A DNA stretch of 64,000 nt from Opitutales bacterium (GCA_965197745.1 CBDANS010000005.1:445562-509561); one strand, 5' to 3'. Shown: positions 31,646-44,167, counted from the stretch's first letter. Translations and numbers: made by a program. The notes: generated by a model not told the origin, from the letters alone.

Positions 31646-32602
31646 ATGAATGTTTTTATTTACTCAGAAGATATACATGATAAGGAAAAACGGATTTTTG
31701 AGGAAGCACTCAAAGATGATGAATTGGTATTTGGCTGGGACCTGAATGATGAGGTGAAAGCTAAAGAATTATTTTTAAAAGCTGATGTGGCGTTTAGCGG
31801 TTCTCTCCCTGGAGAGTGGCTTACCCAGACAGAGCGATTACAATGGCTCCAATTGGAGTCGGTCGGCTTTGAACCCTATCAGGAATTTGGGAAAGCTATA
31901 TTATCAAAAGGGATATCGATTACTAATCTCAAAGGATTTTTCAGCATCCCGGTGGCGGAAACAGTTTTGGGGGGAATCTTAAGTCTTTATCGCAGCCTGG
32001 ATAAATTAAGCGAACTGAAAAAGATGAGATCGTGGGAAAAACTGGATATTCGGGCAGTCAGTAAAGTATTGCATGGGTCTCAAGTTATGATCTTGGGGAG
32101 TGGGTCCATTGCCCTTGAAATTAAAAAATTACTCCAGGCATTTGAATGCACAGTGACGGTCTTTGGAAAAAGCCTGAAAAAAGCAGATATTGTTGATGGG
32201 GAGGAATTGGATAACAGACTGCCCAATGTGGATATTGTCGTTTGCTGTCTTCCCCAGACTGATGAAACGATAGGGTTATTTAATGCGAAGAAACTTTCTA
32301 TCTTAAATAGCGACGCGCTGTTTGTAAATGTTGGCCGTGGAACAGTAGTCGATGAAGAAGCCCTGGCTGATGCGTTGTCGAAGGAGCGTTTAGGGGGTGC
32401 CGTTATCGATGTAACAAATGAAGAACCTATTCCCACCGAACATCCTTTCTGGGATTGCCCGAATATGATAGTTACCCAGCACACGGGTGGAGGTTCCACC
32501 GATGAAGTAGAGGGAAAAATTAATATTTTCCTATCCAATTTCAAGCGTTTTAAAAATAAACAGGAACTCCTCAACATTGTAGACTTTGATAAAGGATATT
32601 AA
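31646..32602 (+). CDS. D-2-hydroxyacid dehydrogenase family
   Basis: ILGSGSI, VNVGRG, DV...EP and TQHTGG motifs. Confidence 0.9.
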   Translation: MNVFIYSEDIHDKEKRIFEEALKDDELVFGWDLNDEVKAKELFLKADVAFSGSLPGEWLTQTERLQWLQLESVGFEPYQEFGKAILSKGISITNLKGFFSIPVAETVLGGILSLYRSLDKLSELKKMRSWEKLDIRAVSKVLHGSQVMILGSGSIALEIKKLLQAFECTVTVFGKSLKKADIVDGEELDNRLPNVDIVVCCLPQTDETIGLFNAKKLSILNSDALFVNVGRGTVVDEEALADALSKERLGGAVIDVTNEEPIPTEHPFWDCPNMIVTQHTGGGSTDEVEGKINIFLSNFKRFKNKQELLNIVDFDKGY

Positions 32603-32604
32603 TC

Positions 32605-33804
32605 ATGCCCAAAATTACAAAAGTTCGTCCGGTAATACTTAGCTCACCTTACGCAGATCATGAACACGATACCGAAGTTCACTGTCACTTGAAACAGGGT
32701 TATCGCAGTTGCGGGATGGTAGAAATCACGCTTGATGATGGAACAACAGGATTGGGTGAAGGGTATGTCGCTGTATTCGCTCCGTATATCTTCAAGGAAT
32801 TAGTAGCCCTCTATAACCCGGCGTTATTAGGTCGGGAGATCATGGACTTTAATAACATTTACCGTGATTTGTGGAAAACATCCGGTTACTGGAGTTACCA
32901 GGGGGCAGCCAGACATGCACTCAGCGCCGTAGAAATCGCGATGCACGACTGCAGAGCCAAGCATTTAGGGATTCCTGTCTATGAACTTTTTGGAGGAGCA
33001 TTCAGTAATTCAATAAAAGTCTACGGTAGTGGTGGAGATTCTGGAACGCCGGCCGGGGGCATTATTGAATTTGATTATCTGGAAAAATTGAAAATTACTG
33101 CTTTTAAAATTCGGGCCCAGACGAACCAGGTGAACAAGGCGGTGTGGTACTTAAAAGAAGGCAGGAGAAGGGGTATAGAGATCGCGATTGATATGGTGCA
33201 AAGCATGTCCATCCCCTCAAATTCAGTTTCTGAAGTGGTTCAGTTTTTAAATGAAGTAAGATCGCAGGCGGACGGAAAAATTCTCTTTCTCGAAGAGGCA
33301 TTGGGCCCGACAGATGGGGATGGATTTAAAATGCTCCGCATGAAAGTTGACACTAAGGTTGCCGGTGGTGAAATCATCACGACAGCTTCTGAATTGAGTA
33401 ACCAAATCCAAAAGGGGGCTTACGATATCGCACAACCGGATGGAACCGTGATTGGCGGCATCAGTGAAGTATTAGAAGTCTTTTCTACCGCGAATCGTTT
33501 TGGATGCCAGGTAATTGTTCACTGTTGGGGTGGCCCGGTGGGAATGATGGCTAACTTTCATGCCGCGTTAGTGGGTGGAGGAACAATGGCCGAATGGCCG
33601 ATGAAGCCGTTTCCTCTGCGAGAAGCGATGGTGGTGGAACCCTGGGATATTAAAAATGGAATTCTAACCATAGGGAAGACACCCGGTCTCGGCGTCACCC
33701 TGACTGATGAAATAGAAAAAGAATTTTCATTCCGAGAAGATGCAGTCTATGATTGTGCCGCGGACATGTCTATTGTCCCTCCCGATTCTGTCTGGGCTGT
33801 ATAA
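32605..33804 (+). CDS. Mandelate racemase/muconate-lactonising enzyme family enolase
   Basis: G.TGLGE, SAVEIA.HD, G.PVYELFGG, EE, GE and PGLGV motifs. Confidence 0.88.
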   Translation: MPKITKVRPVILSSPYADHEHDTEVHCHLKQGYRSCGMVEITLDDGTTGLGEGYVAVFAPYIFKELVALYNPALLGREIMDFNNIYRDLWKTSGYWSYQGAARHALSAVEIAMHDCRAKHLGIPVYELFGGAFSNSIKVYGSGGDSGTPAGGIIEFDYLEKLKITAFKIRAQTNQVNKAVWYLKEGRRRGIEIAIDMVQSMSIPSNSVSEVVQFLNEVRSQADGKILFLEEALGPTDGDGFKMLRMKVDTKVAGGEIITTASELSNQIQKGAYDIAQPDGTVIGGISEVLEVFSTANRFGCQVIVHCWGGPVGMMANFHAALVGGGTMAEWPMKPFPLREAMVVEPWDIKNGILTIGKTPGLGVTLTDEIEKEFSFREDAVYDCAADMSIVPPDSVWAV

Positions 33805-33838
33805 CGTTTTCGGATTACCTTACTAAAGATACAGGAAA

Positions 33839-35236
33839 TTATAATTCAGGGTCAGAGAGAAGTTTTCTAATTTCACCTAATGTTCTTTCTGTTGCGCCCT
33901 GATTGTCCTGGTACCACTGTTTCGCATTCTCGGCCATCTCAATAAGTTCATTATTTGACTTTAATAAAGCGACGGTAACTTTTCTTAGTTCGTCTACATC
34001 GTTGACACGCTTTGCCGCTCCCGTTTCTTCCAGGTTGTTACATATCAGTCTGAAATTACTCGTTTGGGGACCGAAGAGGATGGGTTTGCCCAGGGCCGCG
34101 GATTCAATAGGAGTCTGACCTCCATCATGGGGTGGCAATGATTTACCGATAAATACGAGATCAGCAGGTTGCGTCAGCATGACTAACTCGCCAGTGGTAT
34201 CGGCAACATAAATCATTACAGAATGGGGGACTTTTTTATTCATGGTGCGGAAATGAAAGGGGAGGGATTGTCGTTCGAGAAGGGATTTGATTTCTTTACG
34301 GCGTTCAGCATGGCGGGGAACAATGATCAGGCGACAATCGATTCCTTCATTAAGAACATCTTCAAATGCATGTAGTATAGCCAATTCTTCACCGGGCCAG
34401 GTAGAAGATCCCAGGAGTATCAACGGCTTATATTTTGAATCGGGTTTCTTTTTCTCATGGTTAGTAAATCCTAACTCTTCAGTTAAAGAAAGTATCGCTT
34501 CCTCCTTTAATCTCGGTTGAATTTCTATATCCAATTTCAAATTGCCGCTCATAATCATCTTCTCAGGGTTGACTCCAAGGGTAATTAATCTGTCATAGTC
34601 CTGCTCCGTAGCCGCGAGAATAAGATTGAGAGGATAGAGTAAATACTCGCAGACAAGAGAGTAGGTATAATAACGGGCAAACGATCGGTCAGAGATTCGT
34701 GCGTTGATTAATGCTATGGGAACGCCACGAGACCGAGCTTGATAGATGTGTTCAGGCCATCGCTCTCCTTCCATAAGGATGGCCATATCGGGCTTTATTC
34801 GTTTCCAGGCAAGAACACTGAATAACCAGAAGTCGAGGGGGAATATCCCGATCGCCGCCGCGATTGAGGAGTATCGTTCAAGCGCTAAGGTGAACCCGGT
34901 ACTGGTTGTTGTCGTCAATACCACTTCATAACGCTCGTCCTTGGATAACAATCTTAGAAGGGGGTCGATAGCGAGCAATTCCCCAACACTCACGGCTTGA
35001 ATCCAGATACGTTTGACACCGTTACGCCGGAGTGGTACTCCGCTCATTAAACCAAAGCGGTGATGAAAACTTTTACCATACCCACCTCGCTTGAGCATGC
35101 GTCTCAAATAGTAAGGACTCGATAGAAGCAGGAGGGGTAAAAATAAAGCGCGATAGAGCCAAATCATTATTAAGGTGATCCGGTTAAAACTGAAGTTGAA
35201 CATTATAGTATCTAAGGGGCGAACTTTTTTGAACAT
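33839..35236 (-). CDS. waaA: Kdo transferase
   Basis: WIQAVSVGE, TTTTSTG, NARISDRS, GNLKLD and VPRHAER motifs. Confidence 0.94.
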   Translation of the reverse strand: MFKKVRPLDTIMFNFSFNRITLIMIWLYRALFLPLLLLSSPYYLRRMLKRGGYGKSFHHRFGLMSGVPLRRNGVKRIWIQAVSVGELLAIDPLLRLLSKDERYEVVLTTTTSTGFTLALERYSSIAAAIGIFPLDFWLFSVLAWKRIKPDMAILMEGERWPEHIYQARSRGVPIALINARISDRSFARYYTYSLVCEYLLYPLNLILAATEQDYDRLITLGVNPEKMIMSGNLKLDIEIQPRLKEEAILSLTEELGFTNHEKKKPDSKYKPLILLGSSTWPGEELAILHAFEDVLNEGIDCRLIIVPRHAERRKEIKSLLERQSLPFHFRTMNKKVPHSVMIYVADTTGELVMLTQPADLVFIGKSLPPHDGGQTPIESAALGKPILFGPQTSNFRLICNNLEETGAAKRVNDVDELRKVTVALLKSNNELIEMAENAKQWYQDNQGATERTLGEIRKLLSDPEL

Positions 35237-35277
35237 TTATCTAAAATACGTTTCAATAGGGGTTTAATATATTAATT

Positions 35278-38130
35278 ATGATAAAAACGCAGACTATACA
35301 CTGGATTATCACCACTTTTATTCTATTCCTTGCTCTGTGCTGGGATTGCTCACCGCTACGCGCTGAAGAGAATGATACCTGGTATAAGAAGAACGACCTG
35401 ATCCCGGATTCGACGGTTACCTGGGGTAAACTAGAGAATGGTTTTCGCTACGCTATTATGCCAAACATTGAGCCGCCCGATCGAGTCAGCCTGCGTTTAC
35501 TCGTAAACGCAGGGTCTCTGATGGAAAATGATGATCAATTGGGGTTGGCTCATTTTCTCGAACATATGGCTTTTAACGGAACTATAAATTTTCCCGCCGG
35601 TGAATTAGTTGAATATTTTCAGCGATTAGGAATGGGGTTTGGCGCCGATACCAATGCCTACACCAGTTTTGATAAAACGGTTTATATGCTCGAATTGCCC
35701 CGAAATGACGAACTCATGCTGGATGACGGTTTAAAACTGTTACGCGATTATGCTGATGGCATATTGCTGAAAGACGAAGAGATAGATAAAGAACGCGGTG
35801 TTATTCTCAGTGAAAAACGCGCGCGTGATTCTGTAGAGTACAGAATCTATAAGGCGGAGATGACCTTTGTTATGCCTGAGTCATTAGCGGTAAGACGTTT
35901 TCCCATCGGGGAGGAGGCAGTGATTGAAGCATCCGGACGTGATCGGTTTTTCGATTATTACCAACGATGGTACCGTCCTGATCGGATGGCTCTAATCGCC
36001 GTAGGCACTGTCGATCCTGCAGCGTTGGAAAAGGGCATCAAAAAATATTTTTCGGGTATTAATCTACCGAGTTTAGATCAACCCGACCCCTATTTGGGCA
36101 ATATAACAGAATCCGGAATTGTTGCCATGCTTCAGAGTGAACCTGAGGCGGCAGCGACGACTGTTTCTATCCAAACGATATCACCCTCATCTCAAAAAAC
36201 AGACAGTCGGGAAAAACGGTCGGAGAATTTATATCGAAGCTTGATTAATCAGATGATGAACAGACGCCTGGAAATCCTGGCCAAGGAAAAAGATTCACCA
36301 TTTAGAGAAGGACAGGTCTACACCTTCGAATGGTTAAACTGGATATTTAATAGTGGAATTGAACTGAGCTGTCAGCCAGAACAGTGGGAGGCAGCGCTAA
36401 ATACAGCCGAACAGGAGTTGAGACGGGCTTTGACTTATGGATTTACGCAGAGCGAACTCGAAGAAGCTAAAGCAAAGGTAATAAAAAATTATGAACAGTT
36501 GGCTAAAGCTGCGCCCACGCGGAAATCTCGCAACCTGGCCAGAGGGTTAGTCCAAAGCATCGGCAAAGATGAGGTCTTTACGACTCCAGCCGATGATCTT
36601 GCCTTAGTCATGAGCGTTCTTGAAAACATTGATCGGGAGCATTGTCAGGATCTATTAAATAAGGACTGGAATACAGGAAGCAGAAATATATTTGTCAGCG
36701 GCAACCTTGAAATAGATAATTCAGATTCTGCGATCCTCGCCGTATTCGAAGCGAGTAGTAAATATGCTGTCGAGCAACCGAAGGAAGCAGAAACAGCGGC
36801 TTTCGCCTATACCCAGTTTGGTCTGCCCGGGGAGGTGTCTCAACGCGTCTATGACGAAGATCTCGATATTACCCAGATTTCGTTCAAAAACAAAATACGC
36901 CTTAATCTCAAACCCACCAATTTTGAAAAAAATACGATCCATGTTGGCGCACGTTTTGGAGGTGGATTGTTAACTTTACCGAAGGGCAAACGGGGATTGT
37001 CCTTTGTCACTGATTCTACTTTTATTGCCGGAGGATTAATCAAACATAGCGCCGATGATCTCGAGCGTATATTTTCCGGAAAGACGCTTGATCTGCATTT
37101 TTCTGTCGCAAGTGATGCCTTTGTTTTATCAGGCAAAACTACCCCGGAAGATCTCGAGAGCCAGCTCCAGTTTCTTGCCGCCTATCTCATCGCTCCGGGA
37201 TATCGCGAAGAAGCTTTACGTCTGGCGCACAAGAGCTATGACCAGGTTTATCTACAACTCATGCATACACCACAGGGTGTCATGCGAAACGAAGTCAGTC
37301 ATTATATCGCGGGCAACGATTATCGCTTTGGATTTCCCCCTAAGGAAGACCTCCTCACCTACACTTTAAATGAAGTGCGCGACTGGCTTGCAGAACCATT
37401 AGTCATTGAGCCTATGGAAGTATCTATTGTCGGTGATTTAAGTCTGGAAGAGACGATCGAACTGGCCCGCTTAACATTGGGTGCGCTGCCGTCAAGGAAG
37501 TCAGCCAAACCAGACTATGAGAGCGCAAGGTCCATTCGGTTTCCTCAAACCGTAGATTCGCAATTTTTTCAATATTCAAGTGATATTCCTAAAGCAGTGG
37601 GCGCGGTGTATTGGCCTACAGATGACATGTGGGATATCAGTCGAACGCGTCGGCTCAGTGTTCTTTCAGCAATCATTGATGATCGGATGCGCGTGAAAAT
37701 ACGTGAAGAGACGGGTCAGGCATACAGCCCTTTCTCTATCAGCCGCCCCAGTGATACCTATAAGGGATATGGTTATTTACTCGGTGTGGTCATGGCCGCT
37801 CCGGAGCATGCTGAAAACATTGCGAAACTGATCCTCGAGATTGGAAATGAATTATATGAAAAGGGCATTGATGAAGATGAGCTGAATCGTGCCCTGGAAC
37901 CATTGTTAAGCAGCATTCGCGTCCAGATAAGAAATAATGGCTATTGGCTTAATACCGTCTTACTCAGCTCACAAGAATACCCGCAGCGATTGGATTGGGC
38001 ACGTAATATGACTGAAGATTATGCTTCTATTACGGTTGAAGACATTAATCACCTGGCCCAAATTTATCTTCAGAAAGATAAAGCGCTACAAGTGATGATC
38101 GTTCCGGAAGAACTTGAAAAAGGCCTTTAA
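35278..38130 (+). CDS. M16 family zinc protease (PqqL-like)
   Basis: Signal peptide and HFLEHMAFNG inverted zincin motif. Confidence 0.92.
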   Translation: MIKTQTIHWIITTFILFLALCWDCSPLRAEENDTWYKKNDLIPDSTVTWGKLENGFRYAIMPNIEPPDRVSLRLLVNAGSLMENDDQLGLAHFLEHMAFNGTINFPAGELVEYFQRLGMGFGADTNAYTSFDKTVYMLELPRNDELMLDDGLKLLRDYADGILLKDEEIDKERGVILSEKRARDSVEYRIYKAEMTFVMPESLAVRRFPIGEEAVIEASGRDRFFDYYQRWYRPDRMALIAVGTVDPAALEKGIKKYFSGINLPSLDQPDPYLGNITESGIVAMLQSEPEAAATTVSIQTISPSSQKTDSREKRSENLYRSLINQMMNRRLEILAKEKDSPFREGQVYTFEWLNWIFNSGIELSCQPEQWEAALNTAEQELRRALTYGFTQSELEEAKAKVIKNYEQLAKAAPTRKSRNLARGLVQSIGKDEVFTTPADDLALVMSVLENIDREHCQDLLNKDWNTGSRNIFVSGNLEIDNSDSAILAVFEASSKYAVEQPKEAETAAFAYTQFGLPGEVSQRVYDEDLDITQISFKNKIRLNLKPTNFEKNTIHVGARFGGGLLTLPKGKRGLSFVTDSTFIAGGLIKHSADDLERIFSGKTLDLHFSVASDAFVLSGKTTPEDLESQLQFLAAYLIAPGYREEALRLAHKSYDQVYLQLMHTPQGVMRNEVSHYIAGNDYRFGFPPKEDLLTYTLNEVRDWLAEPLVIEPMEVSIVGDLSLEETIELARLTLGALPSRKSAKPDYESARSIRFPQTVDSQFFQYSSDIPKAVGAVYWPTDDMWDISRTRRLSVLSAIIDDRMRVKIREETGQAYSPFSISRPSDTYKGYGYLLGVVMAAPEHAENIAKLILEIGNELYEKGIDEDELNRALEPLLSSIRVQIRNNGYWLNTVLLSSQEYPQRLDWARNMTEDYASITVEDINHLAQIYLQKDKALQVMIVPEELEKGL

Positions 38131-38166
38131 CCCATAAACTGAAAACCCTCTTAAGGGGTGTATTTT

Positions 38167-38663
38167 TTACCGGTAGGCATAGGCAGGGATATTTTTTTTA
38201 GAATAAAAATGGTGGTTACCTATTGTCACTAGATAATGATATTAATTTGCCCAATAGGGTTTTGCCCCATTAACACCGTGATAGTAAGTCGCGCCAGAGG
38301 TGTTATCAAATAGCTTCCCGCGCTCCAATAAGACTACCAGTTTAACTGCGGAGGGATACATGCGATCTCTCTGCGCCCGTCTGAGGATGGGGCTGTAATC
38401 AGGGTTCGCTGACCCCAGATACTATGCATGCTGCTGAATTGACCCCGTTTTATCGTCTCTCTCACAACACGTTCCGTCCGATGGTCTGAGCGATTGTATA
38501 TAACGTTAAGGACCGCTCTCATCCCCTCAACACCATCTGAAGCGGCCTCCAAAACCAAACAGGAAGCGACTATCTGTCTTTCGTAATTAGAGATCCTAGC
38601 GGAATAGGCAATATGGCAAGATATTCCGATGACTGCTAATGTATAAAAAAATAATTTACTCAC
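38167..38663 (-). pseudogene. Cell-wall hydrolase (SleB/Hydrolase_2-like) with a frameshift and an in-frame stop
   Basis: EA..DG..GM.AV..VI.NR...QFS, then after a shift near 38410 GATYYH...PYWAN*...IGNHHFY. Confidence 0.7.
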
Positions 38664-38994
38664 GGACTTAATATTGGCTTTATCTATTATCGGTTTAACA
38701 TTTCCACTGCTTAATGTATGCCGGTTAAACCTTGCCTTATTTTTCTGGGTCTTATTATATTGAGATAAATAGTACTTAAAAACAGGTATGATTCTAAAAT
38801 ATGCAATCTCCCTATAACGGTCAAATAAATAACCGGTTTGTGGGTGTAAATACTTGATCCCCAGCAGCTAATATTCAGTTTTTTCTTTCCTGCCAAAAGG
38901 CAGATTATACCTTCTCCTGCCTCCTTGTCTTTTAAGTGTTTATCGCTTTAAATCTATCATCTAAAAAAATATAACTTCTTAACATTAAAATAAT

Positions 38995-39894
38995 ATGATG
39001 CCTAAATATGCATGGCCCCTAATCGTCCTCGCAATCGTCCTCGGATTGCTTCTGATGTTTGGCAGTCGGATTATCGTTACCGTGCCTGCTGGCCACGTAG
39101 CGGTGGCTGCTTTGTTTGGACAAGTTGAACCTGAATCATACCAGGAAGGATTACATTTTCCGGTAAATCCCCTTCTTAAATGGTACTTTTTTGATGCTCG
39201 CCAGAAAACCCTTAAGGACCAGGCCAACGTTCCTTCCCAGGACCAGCTTCAGACTAAAATCGACGTTAGCGTTCAGTTTCGTCTTATCGGAGGTATGGCG
39301 GGGTCAATATTAAAAGAGACGGGTTCTTTTCAGGATGCGGTAAATGTCCACTTAGTGCCGAAATTACGTTCACTTTTGCGCGAACAGGGCAAATCAGTGG
39401 CACGCGCCGAAGATTTTTTTGCCGAAGAGACCCAGGAAAAGCTTCAAATAGGCATCGAGGCAGGATTACGGCTGTATCTTCAGGATAAGGGCATAGAAGC
39501 TCAAGCGGTCCTTATTCGCGATATTACCCTTCCACCCTTTATTACTCGAGCCATTGAGTCGAAAAAGGAGCGTGAGCAGGAAGTAGAAAAACAAAGAGCG
39601 GAACTGGAGCGGTATCGGACGGAACAACAACAATTGATCGCCCAGGCTGAAGCACAACGGGAAGCGGCAGAACAAGAAGCTCAGAAACGCAGGTTGCTAG
39701 CCGACGCCCAAGCCTATGAGATTAATAAAATCAATGAAGCCATCTCATCTAATCCTGCTTACCTTCAACTCCAGGCGCTTGAAGCGCTGAAAAGCATTTC
39801 CAAGGATCCATCTTCCAAGATATATTTCATTAATGGGGATAGCCCACAGCCATTACCGTTAATGAATATCGGGGATGCCCTGAGGGGGAAATAA
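38995..39894 (+). CDS. SPFH/prohibitin family protein
   Basis: Transmembrane anchor, EGLHF, VLIRDITLP..AIE.K and a coiled coil. Confidence 0.9.
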   Translation: MMPKYAWPLIVLAIVLGLLLMFGSRIIVTVPAGHVAVAALFGQVEPESYQEGLHFPVNPLLKWYFFDARQKTLKDQANVPSQDQLQTKIDVSVQFRLIGGMAGSILKETGSFQDAVNVHLVPKLRSLLREQGKSVARAEDFFAEETQEKLQIGIEAGLRLYLQDKGIEAQAVLIRDITLPPFITRAIESKKEREQEVEKQRAELERYRTEQQQLIAQAEAQREAAEQEAQKRRLLADAQAYEINKINEAISSNPAYLQLQALEALKSISKDPSSKIYFINGDSPQPLPLMNIGDALRGK

Positions 39895-40098
39895 TGTTTT
39901 TTTGTCCCCACAGAGGCATACAGCACTTAATCCAGTAACACACTATTTCATTCACAACAGACCTGGTAGCAAAGGTCATTGAAGTAAATGTTATAACCGG
40001 GTAATTATACTCATACCTGGTTGTAGCCTGTTTAAATACAACATGGCTATTTTATTTCCCCTGTTTTGTGTTACATTCTTTAAATTACTTTTCATTTT

Positions 40099-41367
40099 AT
40101 GTCCACTGATATAGCAAATCGTTCGGAATCGACTCATCGCAGTAACGATTTTAATGTTGAGGAAATAAGGCGGGATTTCCCTATTCTCTCATTGCCCATA
40201 GGCGATCATCCGCTTGTCTATTTGGATAATGCTTCGACCTCGCAAAAACCGCGCGTTGTCATTGATACCATTAGCCGTTTTTATGCCGAACAGAACGCGA
40301 ATATTCATCGGGGCGTCCATTATCTTAGTGAACAGGCTACCGATGCCTACGAAAAATCCCGTGTGATTATTGCCGATTTTATTAAAGCGCCCGACACACG
40401 AGAAATAATATATGTCCGGGGCGCTACCGAGGCGATTAATCTGATCGCGCAGTCTTACAGTCAGCGTTTTATACAGAGAGATGACGAAATAATTATCTCT
40501 ATTCTCGAACATCATGCGAATATTGTTCCCTGGCAGATTATTTGTGAGCAGACAGGAGCAAAGCTGAGGGTAATCCCCATGGATGACCATGGGGAACTGG
40601 ATATGGATGCCTACGCGGATTTGTTAAATAAGAAAACCCGAATGGTTGCGGTTACCCATATATCTAATGCCATAGGGACCGTGAATCCTGTTAAAGATAT
40701 AATTGATAAGGCACACCAATTTGATGTTCCCGTCTTGATTGATGGCGCGCAATCCGTGCCCCATTATCCTATTGATGTCAGTGCCTTGGACTGTGACTTT
40801 TTTGTTTTTTCGGGACATAAACTATTTGGGCCTACAGGTATCGGAATACTTTATGGCAAAGAAAAATGGCTTCATGAGATGCCTCCTTACCAGGGGGGTG
40901 GTGATATGATACAGTCTGTCACGATGGAGAAAACCACCTATAAGGACATTCCCGAGAAATTTGAAGCAGGCACGCCCAATATAAGTGGCGTTATTGGCTT
41001 AGGTGCAGCCATCAATTATTTCGAGGGACTGGATAGAGACAAAGTAGAAGGCCATGAAAGGGAGCTCTTGAAATATGCTACAGATACTTTAAGCCAGGTA
41101 AGCGGTCTTAAAATCATAGGCAATGCGCCTGAAAAATCAAACGTCCTGTCATTTGTTCTTAACGACATTCACCCCCACGACATTGGAACTTTTCTTGACA
41201 GTGAAGGGATCGCTATTCGCGCCGGGCATCATTGCGCACAACCTTTAATGAAACGCCTTGGTGTTTCCTCAACCGCGAGGGCCTCATTCAGTTTTTATAA
41301 CACCAGGGAAGAGATTGATAAATTAGCAAAGTCGGTGCAAAAGATCATCAAATTTTTCAAATCATGA
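40099..41367 (+). CDS. sufS: Cysteine desulfurase
   Basis: [21 protein letters not shown] and RAGHHCAQP motifs. Confidence 0.96.
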   Translation: MSTDIANRSESTHRSNDFNVEEIRRDFPILSLPIGDHPLVYLDNASTSQKPRVVIDTISRFYAEQNANIHRGVHYLSEQATDAYEKSRVIIADFIKAPDTREIIYVRGATEAINLIAQSYSQRFIQRDDEIIISILEHHANIVPWQIICEQTGAKLRVIPMDDHGELDMDAYADLLNKKTRMVAVTHISNAIGTVNPVKDIIDKAHQFDVPVLIDGAQSVPHYPIDVSALDCDFFVFSGHKLFGPTGIGILYGKEKWLHEMPPYQGGGDMIQSVTMEKTTYKDIPEKFEAGTPNISGVIGLGAAINYFEGLDRDKVEGHERELLKYATDTLSQVSGLKIIGNAPEKSNVLSFVLNDIHPHDIGTFLDSEGIAIRAGHHCAQPLMKRLGVSSTARASFSFYNTREEIDKLAKSVQKIIKFFKS

Positions 41368-41813
41368 ATGAATTAACAGAGCTATATCAGGAGATCATAC
41401 TCGATCATAATAAGCGCCCGCGTAATTATCATTCGTTGGAAAATGCGACCCATTCGGCGCAAGGGTACAATCCTCTTTGTGGCGATGAGATTACCGTTTC
41501 CCTGCGCTTGAACGGAGAGATGATCGAGGATATTTCCTTTGAAGGAGAAGGCTGTGCCATTTCAAAGGCTTCTGCATCGCTGATGACAGCCTTGCTTAAG
41601 GGTAAAACACTGCAAAAGGCAAAAGATGACTACCTGATTGTCAGACAAATGCTGACATCAACCGATGATCTTAATACCCCCCTGGAAGAAATAGGGGACA
41701 TCGCCGCGTTGTCCGGGGTACGTCGTTTTCCCGTGCGCATTAAATGTGCGACGCTAGCCTGGCATACCATGGAGGCTGCGCTTGAGGGCCAAGCGGAAGC
41801 GACTACTGAGTAA
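41364..41813 (+). CDS. sufU: SUF system NifU-type protein
   Basis: [16 protein letters not shown] and RIKCATL motifs. Confidence 0.95.
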   Translation: MNELTELYQEIILDHNKRPRNYHSLENATHSAQGYNPLCGDEITVSLRLNGEMIEDISFEGEGCAISKASASLMTALLKGKTLQKAKDDYLIVRQMLTSTDDLNTPLEEIGDIAALSGVRRFPVRIKCATLAWHTMEAALEGQAEATTE

Positions 41814-41846
41814 TCCCGTTTCTTAAATCAGTCGTTAATCCCGTAG

Positions 41847-44167
41847 CTATTGCAGGTATTCCTCTATCTGCTTTAAAAGTTTGGGGTCAGATTCCAGGTT
41901 GTGAGCCTGTTCGAGCAGGCTGGCGTACTGGCGATGACTTTTTCCCAAAGCATAGCCGGCAACTTTGTATGTGAATTGACGCGTTTGCAGATTAGGATGT
42001 TTCGCTCCGGCATAAAGAATATTCTCCATTTCCTGTTGGTCCCAATTCCAACCATCACGTATGCGGTGATATTGCTGAAGAGCGAGAAGAGCATTATGAA
42101 GAAAATCATGATCCGTGGGATTTTCTATAATAATTTCAGCCAGAGAAGCTACCCACTCATCTTTCTGGCCGTCCATTCCGATAAGTTTGCCAATGGCCTC
42201 TCTTAGCAAAGCATCTGCTTGATTTGAAGGCACTTCTTTAACCGCAGATTGAAGCCTTTTTATCTCAGCCATCAAATAAAGTTTAGCCCCATTCGGGTTT
42301 CCGCGGTCGACAGAATAAATAAGCTCTCTTTCAATTTTACTCTTTTCCTTTGATGAAAGAGAGGCCGTCTTCAATTCATTTAATGACCACCATACTCCGG
42401 GTAGATAAGGCGCATTAAGTAATGAGTTGAGAGCGTTAGTGCGGATGCGCGCGCTTTCAGTTTGCAAAACGGCATTTTTAAGAAGGGCGATTTCCTTGGG
42501 ATCAGCTCCTTCGTATCTGAAGGTAAAATGTGATAGCATCTTTTCTTTAAGTTCGGGACTGACTTCAGCGTAATATTCTACAACCAGTTTTCGTGTTAAA
42601 TCCTGGTCTTTTCTCTTTATTCTTTGAAAGGTTTCGGCTGCAAATTTATGATCGCTGTCTTTTATCCAATGGGTGTAAAGATGGAGGTCTTCTTTTGGGC
42701 TTTCATTTAATATGAAGTTGGCGAATTCTATGCGGCGTGGGTCACCTGGGTTATTGGCTATGGCCTTTAAGGTTTTTTTGACTTTAGCGTGATGAAGCTG
42801 TCCACGGAGCGTATAGAGTGCTTGCGTTCTCACAGAATCATGTCCGCGCCGGGTGAGAACAAGAATGGGTCCATAACCCCACGTCCAGGGCTTGTTTTCC
42901 AATGCCCTTAATGCTTTTTTCTGACTGTTGATGTCAGCTTCTTTTAAGGTCTGTGCGAGCCATTTGGCATGCGCATCCTGTTCAAGTTTGATCACAAGAT
43001 ACTGTAAATCACCCAGTGTCTCAGGGGTTACTGATTGTATAGCTTCACCTAATTGTGATTTAAACAGCTTCGGCGATTTAAAGGCCAAGGCCATCGCTGA
43101 TTTTGTGTGTCGACTCCCCCTTCAGTCGTTAACAGTGTTAAACGATCTGTATCTTGTCCGGGGAAAAATTCAAAAGGTGGCAATTGATTTAATTTCAGCT
43201 GAATGTCTCTTTCCAGTATCCCCCTGTTTTCGATTACGAGCTTATCCGCTTCGTCGAGACTGCCAGATTTTTTTTCTTTCACCCACAGGGTATCAGGAGC
43301 GGGGGCTTCGGCTTCCAATGAATATAAATTATCCCAACCCGTTATAAATTCCTCATCTCCTTCCATACTGAAAGAAACGGTGACTTTGATGGGAATGACA
43401 GGTCGCGCTCGATTAATAAATATATTATTTTCGAATTCGTATTGGGCGTCCTCTTCTTCGACCTTAACCGTTAAGGTTTTCAATGTGGCATTGTTTTCAA
43501 ATTGTCCCATGCTACGAGCGAAAACGAGGGTATATCCGCGGTCATCTATCCATTTGCTTCGCAGCGCATTTTCCACAATTCCCCCATATTTAAACTGATA
43601 GCCTTTTATATAATCGGAAATTATAACGCGTATCCATTTTGAAGCATGGACGGCGCGCGCTTTTTCAATTTCCGATTTGCGATTGTTGTATTCACTTTCC
43701 AAATCGCGAAAGGCAAAATCATTGAATCCTCGAAAAAAAGATTCTACGTCATTCGGGTTCACCTCCCCGGATTTAAGTTTATCCATGAGAATTCTCAGTT
43801 CCGTTTGGAGCGCTTCCAGTAAAACTGTATCCTGTTCTTTTTTCCAATCGCTAAGGGTAAGGCCAGGTTTCATTTCCTGGTAACCATGCTGGCTTAAATG
43901 AAAATTTATTTTTTCTCGGCCCGCTTTATATAGGTCCCGGGCTTCTTCAAGCTTGTGTTCATTCAAGGCAACAACTGTTTGTTTCCAGATGACGTCGGCT
44001 TCCTCCATAGCCTTACGGACATTCTCTTCGGTCTTCTCCTCATATTGTTGTGAGATTCTTTCAAATCTATTGTCCTCCTTGTCCTTAACAAAATAGAAGT
44101 AGTATAAATTAATGGCGATGAGTAATATGATTGCCGCGTTAACCGCTTTTTTATTTAGTAAATCCAT
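41847..44167 (-). CDS. Membrane-anchored hypothetical protein with a HEAT-like helical C-terminus, probably one gene split near 43100
   Basis: ORFs 43049-44167 and 41847-43094 overlap in different frames, and the upstream ORF tail looks out of frame. Confidence 0.55.
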
